46,414 nucleotides of DNA from an uncultured Candidatus Saccharibacteria bacterium (GTDB lineage: Bacteria; Patescibacteriota; Minisyncoccia; Phycocordibacterales; Zambryskibacteraceae): contig CAYVDB010000004.1 in assembly GCA_964450705.1 (NCBI GenBank), positions 1 through 46,414 of the forward strand, written 5' to 3'. Both the position numbers and the translations under genes were made by a program. The notes beneath the pieces are model-generated. The model ran no database searches, was not told where the DNA came from, and saw nothing but the letters and a program-made list of their open reading frames with translations. The number at the start of each line of letters is the position of its first letter. The stretch's first letter is position 1. Shown piece after piece: positions 26,041 through 35,417 of this stretch.

Positions 26041-27138
26041 TCAACCTATAACCCTAAGAACATCATGAAATGTCACCACAATCATAAGGAGAATCAGGAC
26101 CACGAAACCAACGCTATTTATAGTATTCAATATTTTTGGGGAAAGCGCCTTTCTGCGGATGGCTTCAATAAGAACAATAATAAGGCGCCCACCATCAAGA
26201 GCAGGAAATGGAAAGAGATTAATAACAGCAAGATTTATTGAAATGATCGCGGTAAAAGAAAGAAGATATACGAAACCGAGCTTTGAGACATCACCAACAA
26301 GACCTACGATGCCTACAGGGCCAGTCACTTCAGAAAAATTTGCTTCACCAACAAAAGCGTCTCCGAGGAAACCGACAAGGGATACCGCAGTGACTGAAAA
26401 AAGACTTAATGTATTTTTACCACCTTCGTATACAGCCAAGTGAAGGGGTAATTTTAAAGTACCTATCGTATCAAGCCCTACTCCGATAGCTAGTTTTCCT
26501 TGAACAACTCCTTCCTCTGCAATAACCTCTATTACTTTTTCCTCTTTACCTCGTAAGACACGTAAAGCGATTCCATCCTTACCATGCGCTTCAACAAAAT
26601 TAGAAAAGGCTTGAGGATTAATTTCAGTAAGAGAATATTTTCCTTCAGAAATTACCTCCAGGACAACATCACCTGCCTTTACGCCAGAGCGAAATGCTGG
26701 AGAGAGAGGAGAAACGGTGGTTATCACAAGTCTAGGATTCTCTACAATACCGGGACCAGTATGGCTCTGCGCCGTCGGCAGTCCGACCATATACCCAATA
26801 CTAATGAGCAACCACGCAAAAAGAACATTAAAGAAAACTCCCCCAATAAGAACGAAGGCTTGAATATGGCGAGGCTTTGCAGTAATACTTCTTTCTTTGT
26901 CTATACCATGCAAACTATCTTCATTCGGATCTTCTCCGAAAATTCTTACAAAACCACCAAATGGAATTGCGTTGACTGAATATAGGGTCTCTCCTTTTTG
27001 CTTACCCCAAAGTTTCGGCGGAAATCCAAGCCCAAACTCAGATACCTTTATTCCATTCTTCTTGGCAATAATAAAGTGTCCAAATTCATGGACTAAAACA
27101 AGAATGGCAAGAACAATAACAAATATAAGAATAGACAT
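26041..27138 (-). CDS. rseP: RIP metalloprotease RseP (site-2 protease, M50)
   Basis: HEFGH near the N-terminus, a central PDZ-like region and a C-terminal LAVINLFPFPALDGG motif. Confidence 0.9.
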   Translation of the reverse strand: MSILIFVIVLAILVLVHEFGHFIIAKKNGIKVSEFGLGFPPKLWGKQKGETLYSVNAIPFGGFVRIFGEDPNEDSLHGIDKERSITAKPRHIQAFVLIGGVFFNVLFAWLLISIGYMVGLPTAQSHTGPGIVENPRLVITTVSPLSPAFRSGVKAGDVVLEVISEGKYSLTEINPQAFSNFVEAHGKDGIALRVLRGKEEKVIEVIAEEGVVQGKLAIGVGLDTIGTLKLPLHLAVYEGGKNTLSLFSVTAVSLVGFLGDAFVGEANFSEVTGPVGIVGLVGDVSKLGFVYLLSFTAIISINLAVINLFPFPALDGGRLIIVLIEAIRRKALSPKILNTINSVGFVVLILLMIVVTFHDVLRVIG

Positions 27139-27141
27139 CGC

Positions 27142-27693
27142 TTATTCGAGAATTTCTTTTTCTTTTTTTAGAGCCAATTCATCAAGTCGGGCATTAACCA
27201 AATCAACCTTCTTTTGAAGCTCTTCAAGATAACGGAATTTATCATCCTCACCCATCCCTCCATTTTTCTCCTGTGCCTCAATATCATTTTTTACCCGCTC
27301 TCTTTCCTGCCTAAGGGAAATACGAGCATCTTCGTGCTTCTGTTTTAGAAGCTTTACAAGAGAAACTCTTCTCTCAGAAGTAAGCTCTGGAAAAATGATA
27401 CGCAGGCCCCGATCATCAACCGCAACAGATAATCCAAGATTCGAATCAATAACTCCCTTTTCTATTGATTTTACTAAGGTACCATCCCAAGGAACAACTC
27501 GGATCGTCTTTGGGTCTTCAACGGTAATCGAAGCAACTTCACGTAAAGACATGCGACTGCCGTAGGCATCAATGGATACAGCATCAAGAATTACTGGAGT
27601 TGCTCTGCCGGTTCGAATAGACGAAAACTCTTGCTTCATATGGTCTTCGACAGATAGGCTATTTTTATCGAATGAGGAAAAATTATACGGCAT
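27142..27693 (-). CDS. frr: Ribosome recycling factor
   Basis: 183 aa: ...FSSIRTGRATPVILD...RVVPWD...NLGL... is a typical Frr sequence. Confidence 0.9.
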   Translation of the reverse strand: MPYNFSSFDKNSLSVEDHMKQEFSSIRTGRATPVILDAVSIDAYGSRMSLREVASITVEDPKTIRVVPWDGTLVKSIEKGVIDSNLGLSVAVDDRGLRIIFPELTSERRVSLVKLLKQKHEDARISLRQERERVKNDIEAQEKNGGMGEDDKFRYLEELQKKVDLVNARLDELALKKEKEILE

Positions 27694-27723
27694 AGGGACA
27701 GTCTACCAGAAAGTTAGATATAG

Positions 27724-28245
27724 CTAAAGAAGAGATAAAAATTTATTAAAAAATAAGAGAATAAAGAGAACTAATCCACCTTGAAGAAGTGGCCCTATGA
27801 CAAACCTCCCAATCAAACGAGTTTCCGCATGAATAAAAATATGAAATCTCTGAAGAGAAGTCAGGGGTTCCTTTCGTAATTTCATATATGCAAACTGTAG
27901 AAAATCAGGAATGGCTCCTCCAATAGCACCCCACACTATTGAATTCAAAAAAAGCTCGTGGCCAACATAACCATCCCAAAAAAGAAAAGTAAGAAGCCCA
28001 ACGCCAACAAGAATATCCATCCCTATTCGAATAAGGTCAAAGATAAATGCTTTCCCTAAAACCATATCAGCATCAAGAGGATTATTCTGCCTCTCTTTGC
28101 TTCCAGAAGAAAGTGAGTAGTCCCAATGTGGGATTGAATCAAGTATAAAATGGCTTAAAAAGCCAACCATAAAGGCAAGAAAAGGATTTGCGCGAGATAC
28201 CGCCCCAAGAGTTCCGCCAATAATAATATGAGTTGCAAGTACCAT
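27724..28245 (-). CDS. Polytopic membrane protein, possibly a YdjM/DUF457-like metal-dependent hydrolase
   Basis: THIIIGG...SHFILDSIPHWDY, a His/Asp-rich motif at the membrane face. Confidence 0.35.
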   Translation of the reverse strand: MVLATHIIIGGTLGAVSRANPFLAFMVGFLSHFILDSIPHWDYSLSSGSKERQNNPLDADMVLGKAFIFDLIRIGMDILVGVGLLTFLFWDGYVGHELFLNSIVWGAIGGAIPDFLQFAYMKLRKEPLTSLQRFHIFIHAETRLIGRFVIGPLLQGGLVLFILLFFNKFLSLL

Positions 28246-28270
28246 ACACGAAAATTATACAAAAAGAGAT

Positions 28271-28960
28271 CTAACTCTCAATAGGAAGAGTATTAGCGCA
28301 ATGCTCAAGTAATATTTTGAGGGACGAAGAGCGATCAAATAAATACTCACGAACAGTAAGTATGTTTTGGAGCGCTCCACGCCACGGTTCTCTTGTATCA
28401 ATAAACTTCTTATAAAGAACCTCTTCGAGTGCGTCAAAAAATAAAGAAACGGCTCGTTTATCCCCCGCTTCAGATAAGGAGTTTACAAAAGTTAAGCGAT
28501 CCTTAAGAGATGAGTTGAGAAAATTCTCTGCAGACGTAAGATCGAGATTCTTTTCAAGAGAAATCTGTGGGGCAACAATCATTCTAGAAAGCAAGGTCGG
28601 AACTACAAATAATTCTCGAGGTGCAAAAATAAAAAAATGAACATGTGGCGCAGGTTCTTCGAACAACTTGAGTAAAGCATTTTGAGCTTCAACCGTGCAT
28701 AAGTTGAAAGAAAGAACAATAATCATGCGCTCACGATTAAGAGATTTGCGAGAAGCAAGAGATATGATACGTCGAGAATCTTCAATACCAAAAGTATCAA
28801 AATCTTCTTGCCAATAATCAGGATTGCCGTCAATTTTGAAAGAAAGATTATCCTTAAGAAACTCTTTCAAGAAGTTTTTATTTTCTGCAATGTCTCCAAA
28901 AAATATGTATGCATGGTGGAGATTACCTCTCCTATTGAACCAATCTTTCAAAAATTGCAT
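28271..28960 (-). CDS. holB: DNA polymerase III subunit delta' (short form)
   Basis: HHAYIFFG and NALLKLFEEPAPHVHFFIFA...PTLLSRM are clamp-loader sensor motifs. Confidence 0.7.
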   Translation of the reverse strand: MQFLKDWFNRRGNLHHAYIFFGDIAENKNFLKEFLKDNLSFKIDGNPDYWQEDFDTFGIEDSRRIISLASRKSLNRERMIIVLSFNLCTVEAQNALLKLFEEPAPHVHFFIFAPRELFVVPTLLSRMIVAPQISLEKNLDLTSAENFLNSSLKDRLTFVNSLSEAGDKRAVSLFFDALEEVLYKKFIDTREPWRGALQNILTVREYLFDRSSSLKILLEHCANTLPIES

Positions 28961-28961
28961 A

Positions 28962-29975
28962 TTACCGTTTAGAGATAATTGACTTCTTGTAGGTATCTAA
29001 ATGATCAAGAGCAATACCGGTGCCTCGGGCTACACAGTAAAGGGCATCTTTTGCGAGCACAGCCTTTACTCCTGTTCGTCTATATACTAATTCAGGAAAA
29101 TTTCTCAACTGCGAAGATCCCCCCGTCATAATAATGCCACGATCAATAATATCTGATGATAGCTCTGGAGGAGTCTCTTGGAGGACATCTTTAATTGCTT
29201 TAACCATCTCCCTTAACTCTTTACTAATCGCTTTAACAATCTCGTTAGTTTTTATTTCAACAGAACGAGGAAGCCCTAAAACATAATCTCTTCCTTTAAT
29301 TGTCATCACTAATTCTTCATCAAGAGGAATCGCAGAACCAATTTTAATCTTTATTTCTTCAGCAGTCTTATCTCCTACGGCAAGATTAAAAGTTTTCTTT
29401 ATATAGTCAGCAATCGCAGAATCGATACGATTTCCTGCGCATTTAACCGATGTTGAAGCAACAATTCCACCAAGAGAAATAACGGCAACATCAGTGGTAC
29501 CGCCCCCAATATCTACAATCATATGCCCAACCGGCTCGTGGATCGGAATTCCTGCTCCAATTGCCGCAAGAATAGGTTCTTTAATTACAAAAGCATTTTT
29601 TGCTCCAGCTTTCATTGCAGCTTCAACTACAGCTCGACGTTCAGTCGACGTAACCCCAGCAGGAACCGAAATTAAAACTTCCGGCTTTGCAATATTCCAT
29701 TTCCCAAGAGCTTTCCCAATATAATAACGAAGCATTGCTTCAGTCACTCGATAATCAGCAATGACACCATCCTTCATTGGCCTATAGGCAACAATTGAAC
29801 CAGGTGTTTTGCCAATCATCTTCTTCGCGTCATTCCCAATCGCAAGAATTTTTTTATCTTCTTCAGATATAGCAACAACTGAAGGCTCATTTAAAACAAT
29901 GCCCTTTCCAGGAACATAGACTAGTACGCTTGTAGTACCAAGATCAATTCCTAATTTTTTAGAGAAAATACCCAT
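28962..29975 (-). CDS. mreB: MreB-family actin homolog (second paralog)
   Basis: LGIDLGTTSVLVY and DIGGGTTDVAV. 337 aa. Confidence 0.85.
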   Translation of the reverse strand: MGIFSKKLGIDLGTTSVLVYVPGKGIVLNEPSVVAISEEDKKILAIGNDAKKMIGKTPGSIVAYRPMKDGVIADYRVTEAMLRYYIGKALGKWNIAKPEVLISVPAGVTSTERRAVVEAAMKAGAKNAFVIKEPILAAIGAGIPIHEPVGHMIVDIGGGTTDVAVISLGGIVASTSVKCAGNRIDSAIADYIKKTFNLAVGDKTAEEIKIKIGSAIPLDEELVMTIKGRDYVLGLPRSVEIKTNEIVKAISKELREMVKAIKDVLQETPPELSSDIIDRGIIMTGGSSQLRNFPELVYRRTGVKAVLAKDALYCVARGTGIALDHLDTYKKSIISKR

Positions 29976-30112
29976 ATATACGCTAACAGCTTACGCTGTC
30001 ACCTTAATAAACTCAAGGAGAAATTTTTTATATCTTGACTTTTTTAATTATTATAGTATTGTTTCCCGCAGTCTGATCTCTTCTATATCCCCTACTCCAT
30101 TTGGAGAACACC

Positions 30113-30547
30113 ATGACCCTAGATGTTTGGCCGGGACATTTTGATTTTCCCGAAAAGAAAGACGTGTTTCTGATGCGTTTTGCTGTCCCAGGATCTTTCG
30201 TTCTCGGATGGCTTCTTGAAAGAATGGTTCCTGAGCACTATCTCTTCCCTATTGAGCTCTGTCTTGGGGTATCTCTTGGGGCAGTTACCTTCCTTGCAGT
30301 AGACGCATTCCCTCTTTCTAACTCGGGGTTTGCAATGGGGAGAGAATACCCGGACCTGCGAAACATGCTCGCCATCATCTTGATATGGAGTAGCGTAATC
30401 TCTGTATCTTTGATTTTGGGAAGCTTCTTTGGCGGCATTCCCATCATCGGATTCCTTGTTTCGGCGGTAGTACTTGCCATACTTTCTTCGATAGTTCCAA
30501 CACTCTGCTGGAACTTGAGAAACCTCTACCGAACCATCCGAAAGTAG
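30113..30547 (+). CDS. Hypothetical polytopic membrane protein (GC-rich cassette)
   Basis: SD GGAG before ATG 30113, about 4 TM helices, followed by a strong terminator. Confidence 0.5.
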   Translation: MTLDVWPGHFDFPEKKDVFLMRFAVPGSFVLGWLLERMVPEHYLFPIELCLGVSLGAVTFLAVDAFPLSNSGFAMGREYPDLRNMLAIILIWSSVISVSLILGSFFGGIPIIGFLVSAVVLAILSSIVPTLCWNLRNLYRTIRK

Positions 30548-30551
30548 CCTC

Positions 30552-30583
30552 AGCCACCCTCAAGTGAGGGTGGCTTTTGTTTG
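30552..30583 (+). terminator. Rho-independent terminator
   Basis: AGCCACCCTC-AAGT-GAGGGTGGCT followed by TTTGTTTG. Confidence 0.8.
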
Positions 30584-30610
30584 CTCAAAAAATATATACA
30601 CTTAGAAGCA

Positions 30611-32503
30611 ATGAAACTGTATACGGTTGTGCCTATTGCAAGAGGTGTCTTTAAAGAAACTCTCTCATACTTCGGAAACGACACGATAGAAGCTGGATCT
30701 TTAGTAAAGATACCGCTCCGTTCTAAATCCGGATTTGGGATTGTCATAGACTCCCGCAGAGTAGAAGATGTTAAGACTGAAATACGCAAAGGATCTTTTG
30801 CGATGAAAAAAATAGAGAAGGTCATCTCAAAGGAGTTCCTATCGAAGGCATTTCTCGAAGCAGCTCTTAAGACAGCCCAATTTTATGCCGCAACAACCGG
30901 GTCGGTGCTTGAAAACTTATTGCCAAAACTTTTTCTAGAACATGCTCACCAAATCAAACTAGAGAAATCGTCTAAAAAAAGCTCTCTTTCTTCAGATCGA
31001 CTCGTTGTCCAAGCCTCTGACACCGAACGATTTGCTCATTATAAAAGCTTCATTCGAGGACAGTTTGCTCGACGTTCTTCTGTATTTTTTGTGTTACCAA
31101 CAGTAGAAGATATAAAAAAAGTAAAAACAATTCTTGAAAAAGGAATAGATCAGTACACAATTGTCCTTCATGGGAATCTTGGAAAAAAAGAATTCCAAAG
31201 CGCATATAAGATAATCGAAAAAGAAAAACATCCTTTACTTATAATTGGCACCGCCCCATTTCTCTCCATTGAAAGAAAAGATATAGGAGCCATTATTCTT
31301 GATCGTGAAAATTCAAGAGGATACAAGTCCTTCGGAAGGCCCTTCATTGATTATCGCCGTTTTGTAGAAAATCTAGCCCAAGCACATGGTGTGCCACTTC
31401 TTTATGGGGACATACTTCTCTCACTTGAAACTCTCTACAAGACAAAACGTGAGGAATATGCTGAGTTTGCACCGATCAAGATGCGCTCTCTATCACCAGC
31501 AGAAGGCACTCTTGTTGATATGAAATCACAAAAAGGAGAATTTGAATCATCTTTCAAGATTCTCTCCCCAGAACTTCTTTCGCTTATAGAAGAAAATAAA
31601 AAAAATAACGAACACCTGTTTATTTGGTCTGCCCGTAAAGGGATAGCCCCTTCAACAGTGTGTGGAGATTGTGGAAAGTTGGTTACTTGTTCTCGTTGTG
31701 GTACGCCGGTAACACTTTACGGCGGGAATAAAGATAAAGAAAACTTCTTCATGTGTAATATTTGCGGGCTAGAGAGAGATGCTCGAGAGCGCTGTATATA
31801 TTGTGAAAGTTGGAAGTTAAAAACCTTAGGGATTGGCATAGAGCAAGTAGAGCAGAGCATAAAAGATGCTTTCCCGGACATAAAAGTTTTCACTATTGAT
31901 AAGGAGCACATCAAGACAGAGAAGAAAGCCTCCGATTTAATGCATCGTTTTGAAAATTCTCCTGGAAGCGTCCTTGTTGGGACAGAACTTGCCTTGTTCT
32001 ATCTTAAAGAAGAAATAGACAACGTCGGAGTAGGGTCAATTGATAGCCTTTTCGCACTTCCTGATTTTCGTATCAGAGAAAAAATTCTTTATAACCTCAT
32101 CACGCTTCGTTCGCGAGCACAAAAAAACTTTCTTATCCAGACAAGAAATGCTGATGAAATGATATTTGACTATGCGCTTAAGGGGAACATGATCGATTTT
32201 TATAAAAATGAGATGCACATGAGAGAAGAATTTAAGTACCCACCGTTTTCTCTTTTTATAAAGCTATCTCTAGAAGGAAAAGGGAAAGACGTCGAACCTC
32301 TCGCCGAAGAAATTTCCGTATTTTTAAAAGAATTCTCTCCGCAAACATATGAAGCGTTTTCTCCAAGTAAACGAGGCAATAGAGTCTTCCACATACTTAT
32401 ACGAAAAGATAAAAATGATTGGCCAGATCAAAAACTACTAGAACTTCTCCACCGGCTTCCTCCTTACGTCTCAATTAAAGTAGACCCTGAAAGCTTGCTC
32501 TAG
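30611..32503 (+). CDS. priA: Primosomal protein N' (PriA) homolog with degenerate Walker A and DExH motifs
   Basis: PriA-like N-terminal DNA-binding region. The helicase core is collinear (LHGNLGKKE...IIGTAPFLSI...AIILDRENSRGYKS). The Cys-rich insert reads CGDCGKLVTCSRCGTPV...CNICG...CIYC. There is no GxGKT/S anywhere in the protein, and DREN replaces DEEH. Confidence 0.75.
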   Translation: MKLYTVVPIARGVFKETLSYFGNDTIEAGSLVKIPLRSKSGFGIVIDSRRVEDVKTEIRKGSFAMKKIEKVISKEFLSKAFLEAALKTAQFYAATTGSVLENLLPKLFLEHAHQIKLEKSSKKSSLSSDRLVVQASDTERFAHYKSFIRGQFARRSSVFFVLPTVEDIKKVKTILEKGIDQYTIVLHGNLGKKEFQSAYKIIEKEKHPLLIIGTAPFLSIERKDIGAIILDRENSRGYKSFGRPFIDYRRFVENLAQAHGVPLLYGDILLSLETLYKTKREEYAEFAPIKMRSLSPAEGTLVDMKSQKGEFESSFKILSPELLSLIEENKKNNEHLFIWSARKGIAPSTVCGDCGKLVTCSRCGTPVTLYGGNKDKENFFMCNICGLERDARERCIYCESWKLKTLGIGIEQVEQSIKDAFPDIKVFTIDKEHIKTEKKASDLMHRFENSPGSVLVGTELALFYLKEEIDNVGVGSIDSLFALPDFRIREKILYNLITLRSRAQKNFLIQTRNADEMIFDYALKGNMIDFYKNEMHMREEFKYPPFSLFIKLSLEGKGKDVEPLAEEISVFLKEFSPQTYEAFSPSKRGNRVFHILIRKDKNDWPDQKLLELLHRLPPYVSIKVDPESLL

Positions 32504-32609
32504 TTTAATTAAATATTAGGATATTTGACTTTTATGCACAAATTGTGGTATAATAGGTAAAGATTCCACTAACAGCTTTTCAACCCAAGTTCTTTCACTA
32601 GGAGAACAG

Positions 32610-33095
32610 ATGTCCTTCTTGCCAAGGGTACTTGAGACGATCAAGAAGGCCCGAGGAACAACCTCTGGGCTTTTCAGCTTCTTCCCTCTTGGGCTTCTTC
32701 CTGGAGTACTTCTAGGTTCGGCCATTCTCTTCTTCAGCAAAACCCCAGAAAAAGGGATCTATGGAGGAGAGAGCATGGGGAGAGAGGAGCTTCCGTTTTA
32801 CGTGGCCATTGTGGTCACAACATTCTTCTTGACCTGGGGGTTAGCTATCTACCAGGCAAAAGAGAAGGTTCTCTGGCCACGATGGACATCCTTCATCTTC
32901 GGGATCTTCTACGGCTTCATTGCGGGAGGGATAGGCTCTTTTCTGACGCTTGGGGTCATAGTGGTACTTTTGTTCTTCGTGCTACTCCTGCTCGAAACAA
33001 TAATCGAGCACCCCGTCGTTTTTGGGGCCTTCTCTCTTATCATCATCTTTTTGGTAAGAAAGGAACGGCTTCGAATTCAGAAGGGGGAAGGATAG
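32610..33095 (+). CDS. Hypothetical polytopic membrane protein (GC-rich cassette)
   Basis: SD AGGAGAA before the ATG, about 4 TM helices, followed by a strong terminator. Confidence 0.5.
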   Translation: MSFLPRVLETIKKARGTTSGLFSFFPLGLLPGVLLGSAILFFSKTPEKGIYGGESMGREELPFYVAIVVTTFFLTWGLAIYQAKEKVLWPRWTSFIFGIFYGFIAGGIGSFLTLGVIVVLLFFVLLLLETIIEHPVVFGAFSLIIIFLVRKERLRIQKGEG

Positions 33096-33103
33096 TGACC
33101 CTG

Positions 33104-33135
33104 CCCCGACACTTGGAGTGTCGGGGCTTTCTTTT
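33104..33135 (+). terminator. Rho-independent terminator
   Basis: CCCCGACACT-TGG-AGTGTCGGGG followed by CTTTCTTTT. Confidence 0.8.
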
Positions 33136-33175
33136 ATACATAGACCATTACATCCTCCTATGATAGGTTTGATTT

Positions 33176-33715
33176 ATGGTTAAAATTCTTGACCGAGATG
33201 ACCCAATCTTACGATATGTTGCTGAGCCAGTAGATCAGAAAGACATTCAAAGCGAAAAAATACAGAAAATACTTTCTGATATGAAAAAAGCTCTTGCTTC
33301 ACAAGAAGATGGCGTGGCAATAGCTGCGCCACAAATTGGAGTTTCGTTGCGAATCTTTATCGTCTCTGGCCGGGTTATTGCATACATGAAAGGCGAAAAT
33401 GAGAAAGAACACACCTATCCTGATCAAGTATTCATTAATCCAAAAATAACTAAACGTTCTCGAGAAAAAAAGAACATGGAAGAGGGATGCCTTTCAGTGC
33501 GATATCTCTACGGAAAAGTAAAACGATCTCAGAAGGTAGAGTTGCAAGCCTATAATGAAGAAGGAAGAGTATTCTCACGCGGGGCAACTGGTCTTCTTGC
33601 CCAAATATTCCAACATGAAACCGACCATCTTGATGGCATTCTTTTTATAGATACTGCAACTGAAATTGAAGATATCCCGCCAGAGAAATTAAATACACGA
33701 AATAAGAAAAAATGA
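33176..33715 (+). CDS. def: Peptide deformylase
   Basis: GVAIAAPQIG, EGCLS and QHETDHL motifs. Confidence 0.9.
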   Translation: MVKILDRDDPILRYVAEPVDQKDIQSEKIQKILSDMKKALASQEDGVAIAAPQIGVSLRIFIVSGRVIAYMKGENEKEHTYPDQVFINPKITKRSREKKNMEEGCLSVRYLYGKVKRSQKVELQAYNEEGRVFSRGATGLLAQIFQHETDHLDGILFIDTATEIEDIPPEKLNTRNKKK

Positions 33716-34599
33716 AGAAAGAACTCTCTTCTATATCTTTTGTATTTTTTGGAACTCCAGGAATTGCGGTGATAGCTCTTCAGGAATTAAAAAACTCCGG
33801 GTTAGTTCCAAGCCTCATTATCACTCAAGAAGATAAGCCTGTTGGAAGGACCCACACCTTAACTCCCCCTCCGGTAAAAAAATGGGCAGAGGAAAACAAT
33901 ATCCCTGTCCTTCAACCAAAAACACTCCGAGATGACGCTTTCGTCGACCTACTTAAAAAATACGAACCCGTATCAGGTTGGGATGTATTCATAGTTGTTG
34001 CTTATGGCAAGATAATTCCTCTAGAGATTATCGAGTATCCAAAGCAGAAAACTTTAAATCTCCATCCGTCGCTATTACCAAAACTTCGAGGCCCAGCACC
34101 AATTCAGGGGGCAATTTTAAATGAAGAAAAAACTGGAGTAAGCATTATGAAACTTGACCAAGAAGTTGACCATGGGCCAATTCTTTCTCAAGAAGAAGTA
34201 CCTATTGAGCCCTGGCCTCCATACAGAGAAGACCTTGAGAAAGCGCTTGGTGAGCATGGCGGCAAACTCCTTGCAAAAACAATTCCACCATGGATAGAAG
34301 GAGCTCTCAAAGAGATTCCTCAAGATCACAAAGAAGCAACCTTCACCAAAAAGATAACTAAAGAAGACGCCCTTATTGACCTTAAAAATTCTCCCGATAC
34401 TAATTTAAGAAAAATACGAGCATACGCGGGCGAACCGAATGCTTTTGCATTTTTTAACACTAAATCTGGCAAAAAAAGAGTTTTAATAAAAAGAGCGCGA
34501 ATCGAAAACGGCTCACTTATACTCGAACGTGTTATTCCCGAAGGAAAAAAAGAAATGGATTTCGAAGATTTTAAGAGAGGCCTCTCTATTCTTCAATGA
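33712..34599 (+). CDS. fmt: Methionyl-tRNA formyltransferase
   Basis: The start overlaps the def stop. It contains the formyltransferase core (NLHPSLLPKLRGPAPIQ) and a C-terminal domain. Confidence 0.9.
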   Translation: MKKELSSISFVFFGTPGIAVIALQELKNSGLVPSLIITQEDKPVGRTHTLTPPPVKKWAEENNIPVLQPKTLRDDAFVDLLKKYEPVSGWDVFIVVAYGKIIPLEIIEYPKQKTLNLHPSLLPKLRGPAPIQGAILNEEKTGVSIMKLDQEVDHGPILSQEEVPIEPWPPYREDLEKALGEHGGKLLAKTIPPWIEGALKEIPQDHKEATFTKKITKEDALIDLKNSPDTNLRKIRAYAGEPNAFAFFNTKSGKKRVLIKRARIENGSLILERVIPEGKKEMDFEDFKRGLSILQ

Positions 34600-34750
34600 C
34601 CCCGCTTGTATAAATTGAAAAAGCCGTAAATGCTTGCGCCTTCTCTTGGTTATACGCAACAAACCAAACCATACAAGATAAAAACAACCCTGCAAGAAGT
34701 ACGCCGGCCGTTATTTCTTTTCGCACTGTACTATAAAGCCCTATAGACAT
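34586..34750 (-). CDS. Possible 54-aa single-pass membrane peptide
   Basis: Hand-translated: MSIGLYSTVRKEITAGVLLAGLFLSCMVWFVAYNQEKAQAFTAFSIYTSGVIEE. Its ATG overlaps the hpf stop (TAATG coupling). It overlaps the convergent fmt end by 14 nt. Confidence 0.3.
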   Translation of the reverse strand: MSIGLYSTVRKEITAGVLLAGLFLSCMVWFVAYNQEKAQAFTAFSIYTSGVIEE

Positions 34751-35130
34751 TATTTTCTCCAATTACGAGGGTCAAACCCTTTCATCATATTTTTTATACG
34801 TAGTGCTCCTTTGCGAACTAGAGTCGTTGATTTATCTCTATAAGAGGTCACTTGCTGAACAATTTCGTCTTTTACTTCGTCAATCGCGGCATATAAATCA
34901 TCTTTCTCAGAAACAGCATAAAGATCTCGTCCAGCGATATGCAACTGGACTTCGGCACGAAAAACATCTCCTGATTTATGGTGACGAGTAGTTTTACCAA
35001 GCTCAACAACACACGAAACACTTTCGTCGTTACGAGATACAAATTTTTCTAACGCAGAGAGTCTTTTGTCTGCATACTCCTGTATTGCAGGAGTCATTTC
35101 CATATCTTTTGTTTTGTATGAAATATTCAT
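34750..35130 (-). CDS. hpf: Ribosome hibernation promoting factor / RaiA family
   Basis: MNISYKTKDMEMTPAIQEYADKRLSALEKF...VELGKTTRHHKSGDVFRAEVQLHIAG. Confidence 0.85.
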   Translation of the reverse strand: MNISYKTKDMEMTPAIQEYADKRLSALEKFVSRNDESVSCVVELGKTTRHHKSGDVFRAEVQLHIAGRDLYAVSEKDDLYAAIDEVKDEIVQQVTSYRDKSTTLVRKGALRIKNMMKGFDPRNWRK

Positions 35131-35341
35131 ATACCTATTTTACTAGATTAAAAAAATAAAGAAAAATAGATTTAAAACACCATCCTTAATATACAATATA
35201 TAATATGCTAATAAATGTTATTTTGCAGGTAAAAAGATGAAAAATACCTGCGTAATTAACGGCCTGGTTGCTATTGGATAATTCTTGCTCCAGGATAAAC
35301 TATCCTATATCATTATTATCTCTCTGTTTAAGAGGGCCCAT

Positions 35342-35417
35342 TCCGCGATAGCTCAGTTGGTAGAGCGGCGAGCTGTTAACTCGTTGGTCGCAGGTTCGAA
35401 TCCTGCTCGCGGAGCCA
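35342..35417 (+). tRNA. tRNA-Asn (anticodon GUU), CCA encoded
   Basis: Hand-folded. The acceptor stem is TCCGCGA/TCGCGGA, the D arm is GCTC-AGTTGGTA-GAGC, the anticodon arm is GCGAG-CTGTTAA-CTCGT and the T arm is GCAGG-TTCGAAT-CCTGC. It ends in GCCA. Confidence 0.92.
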
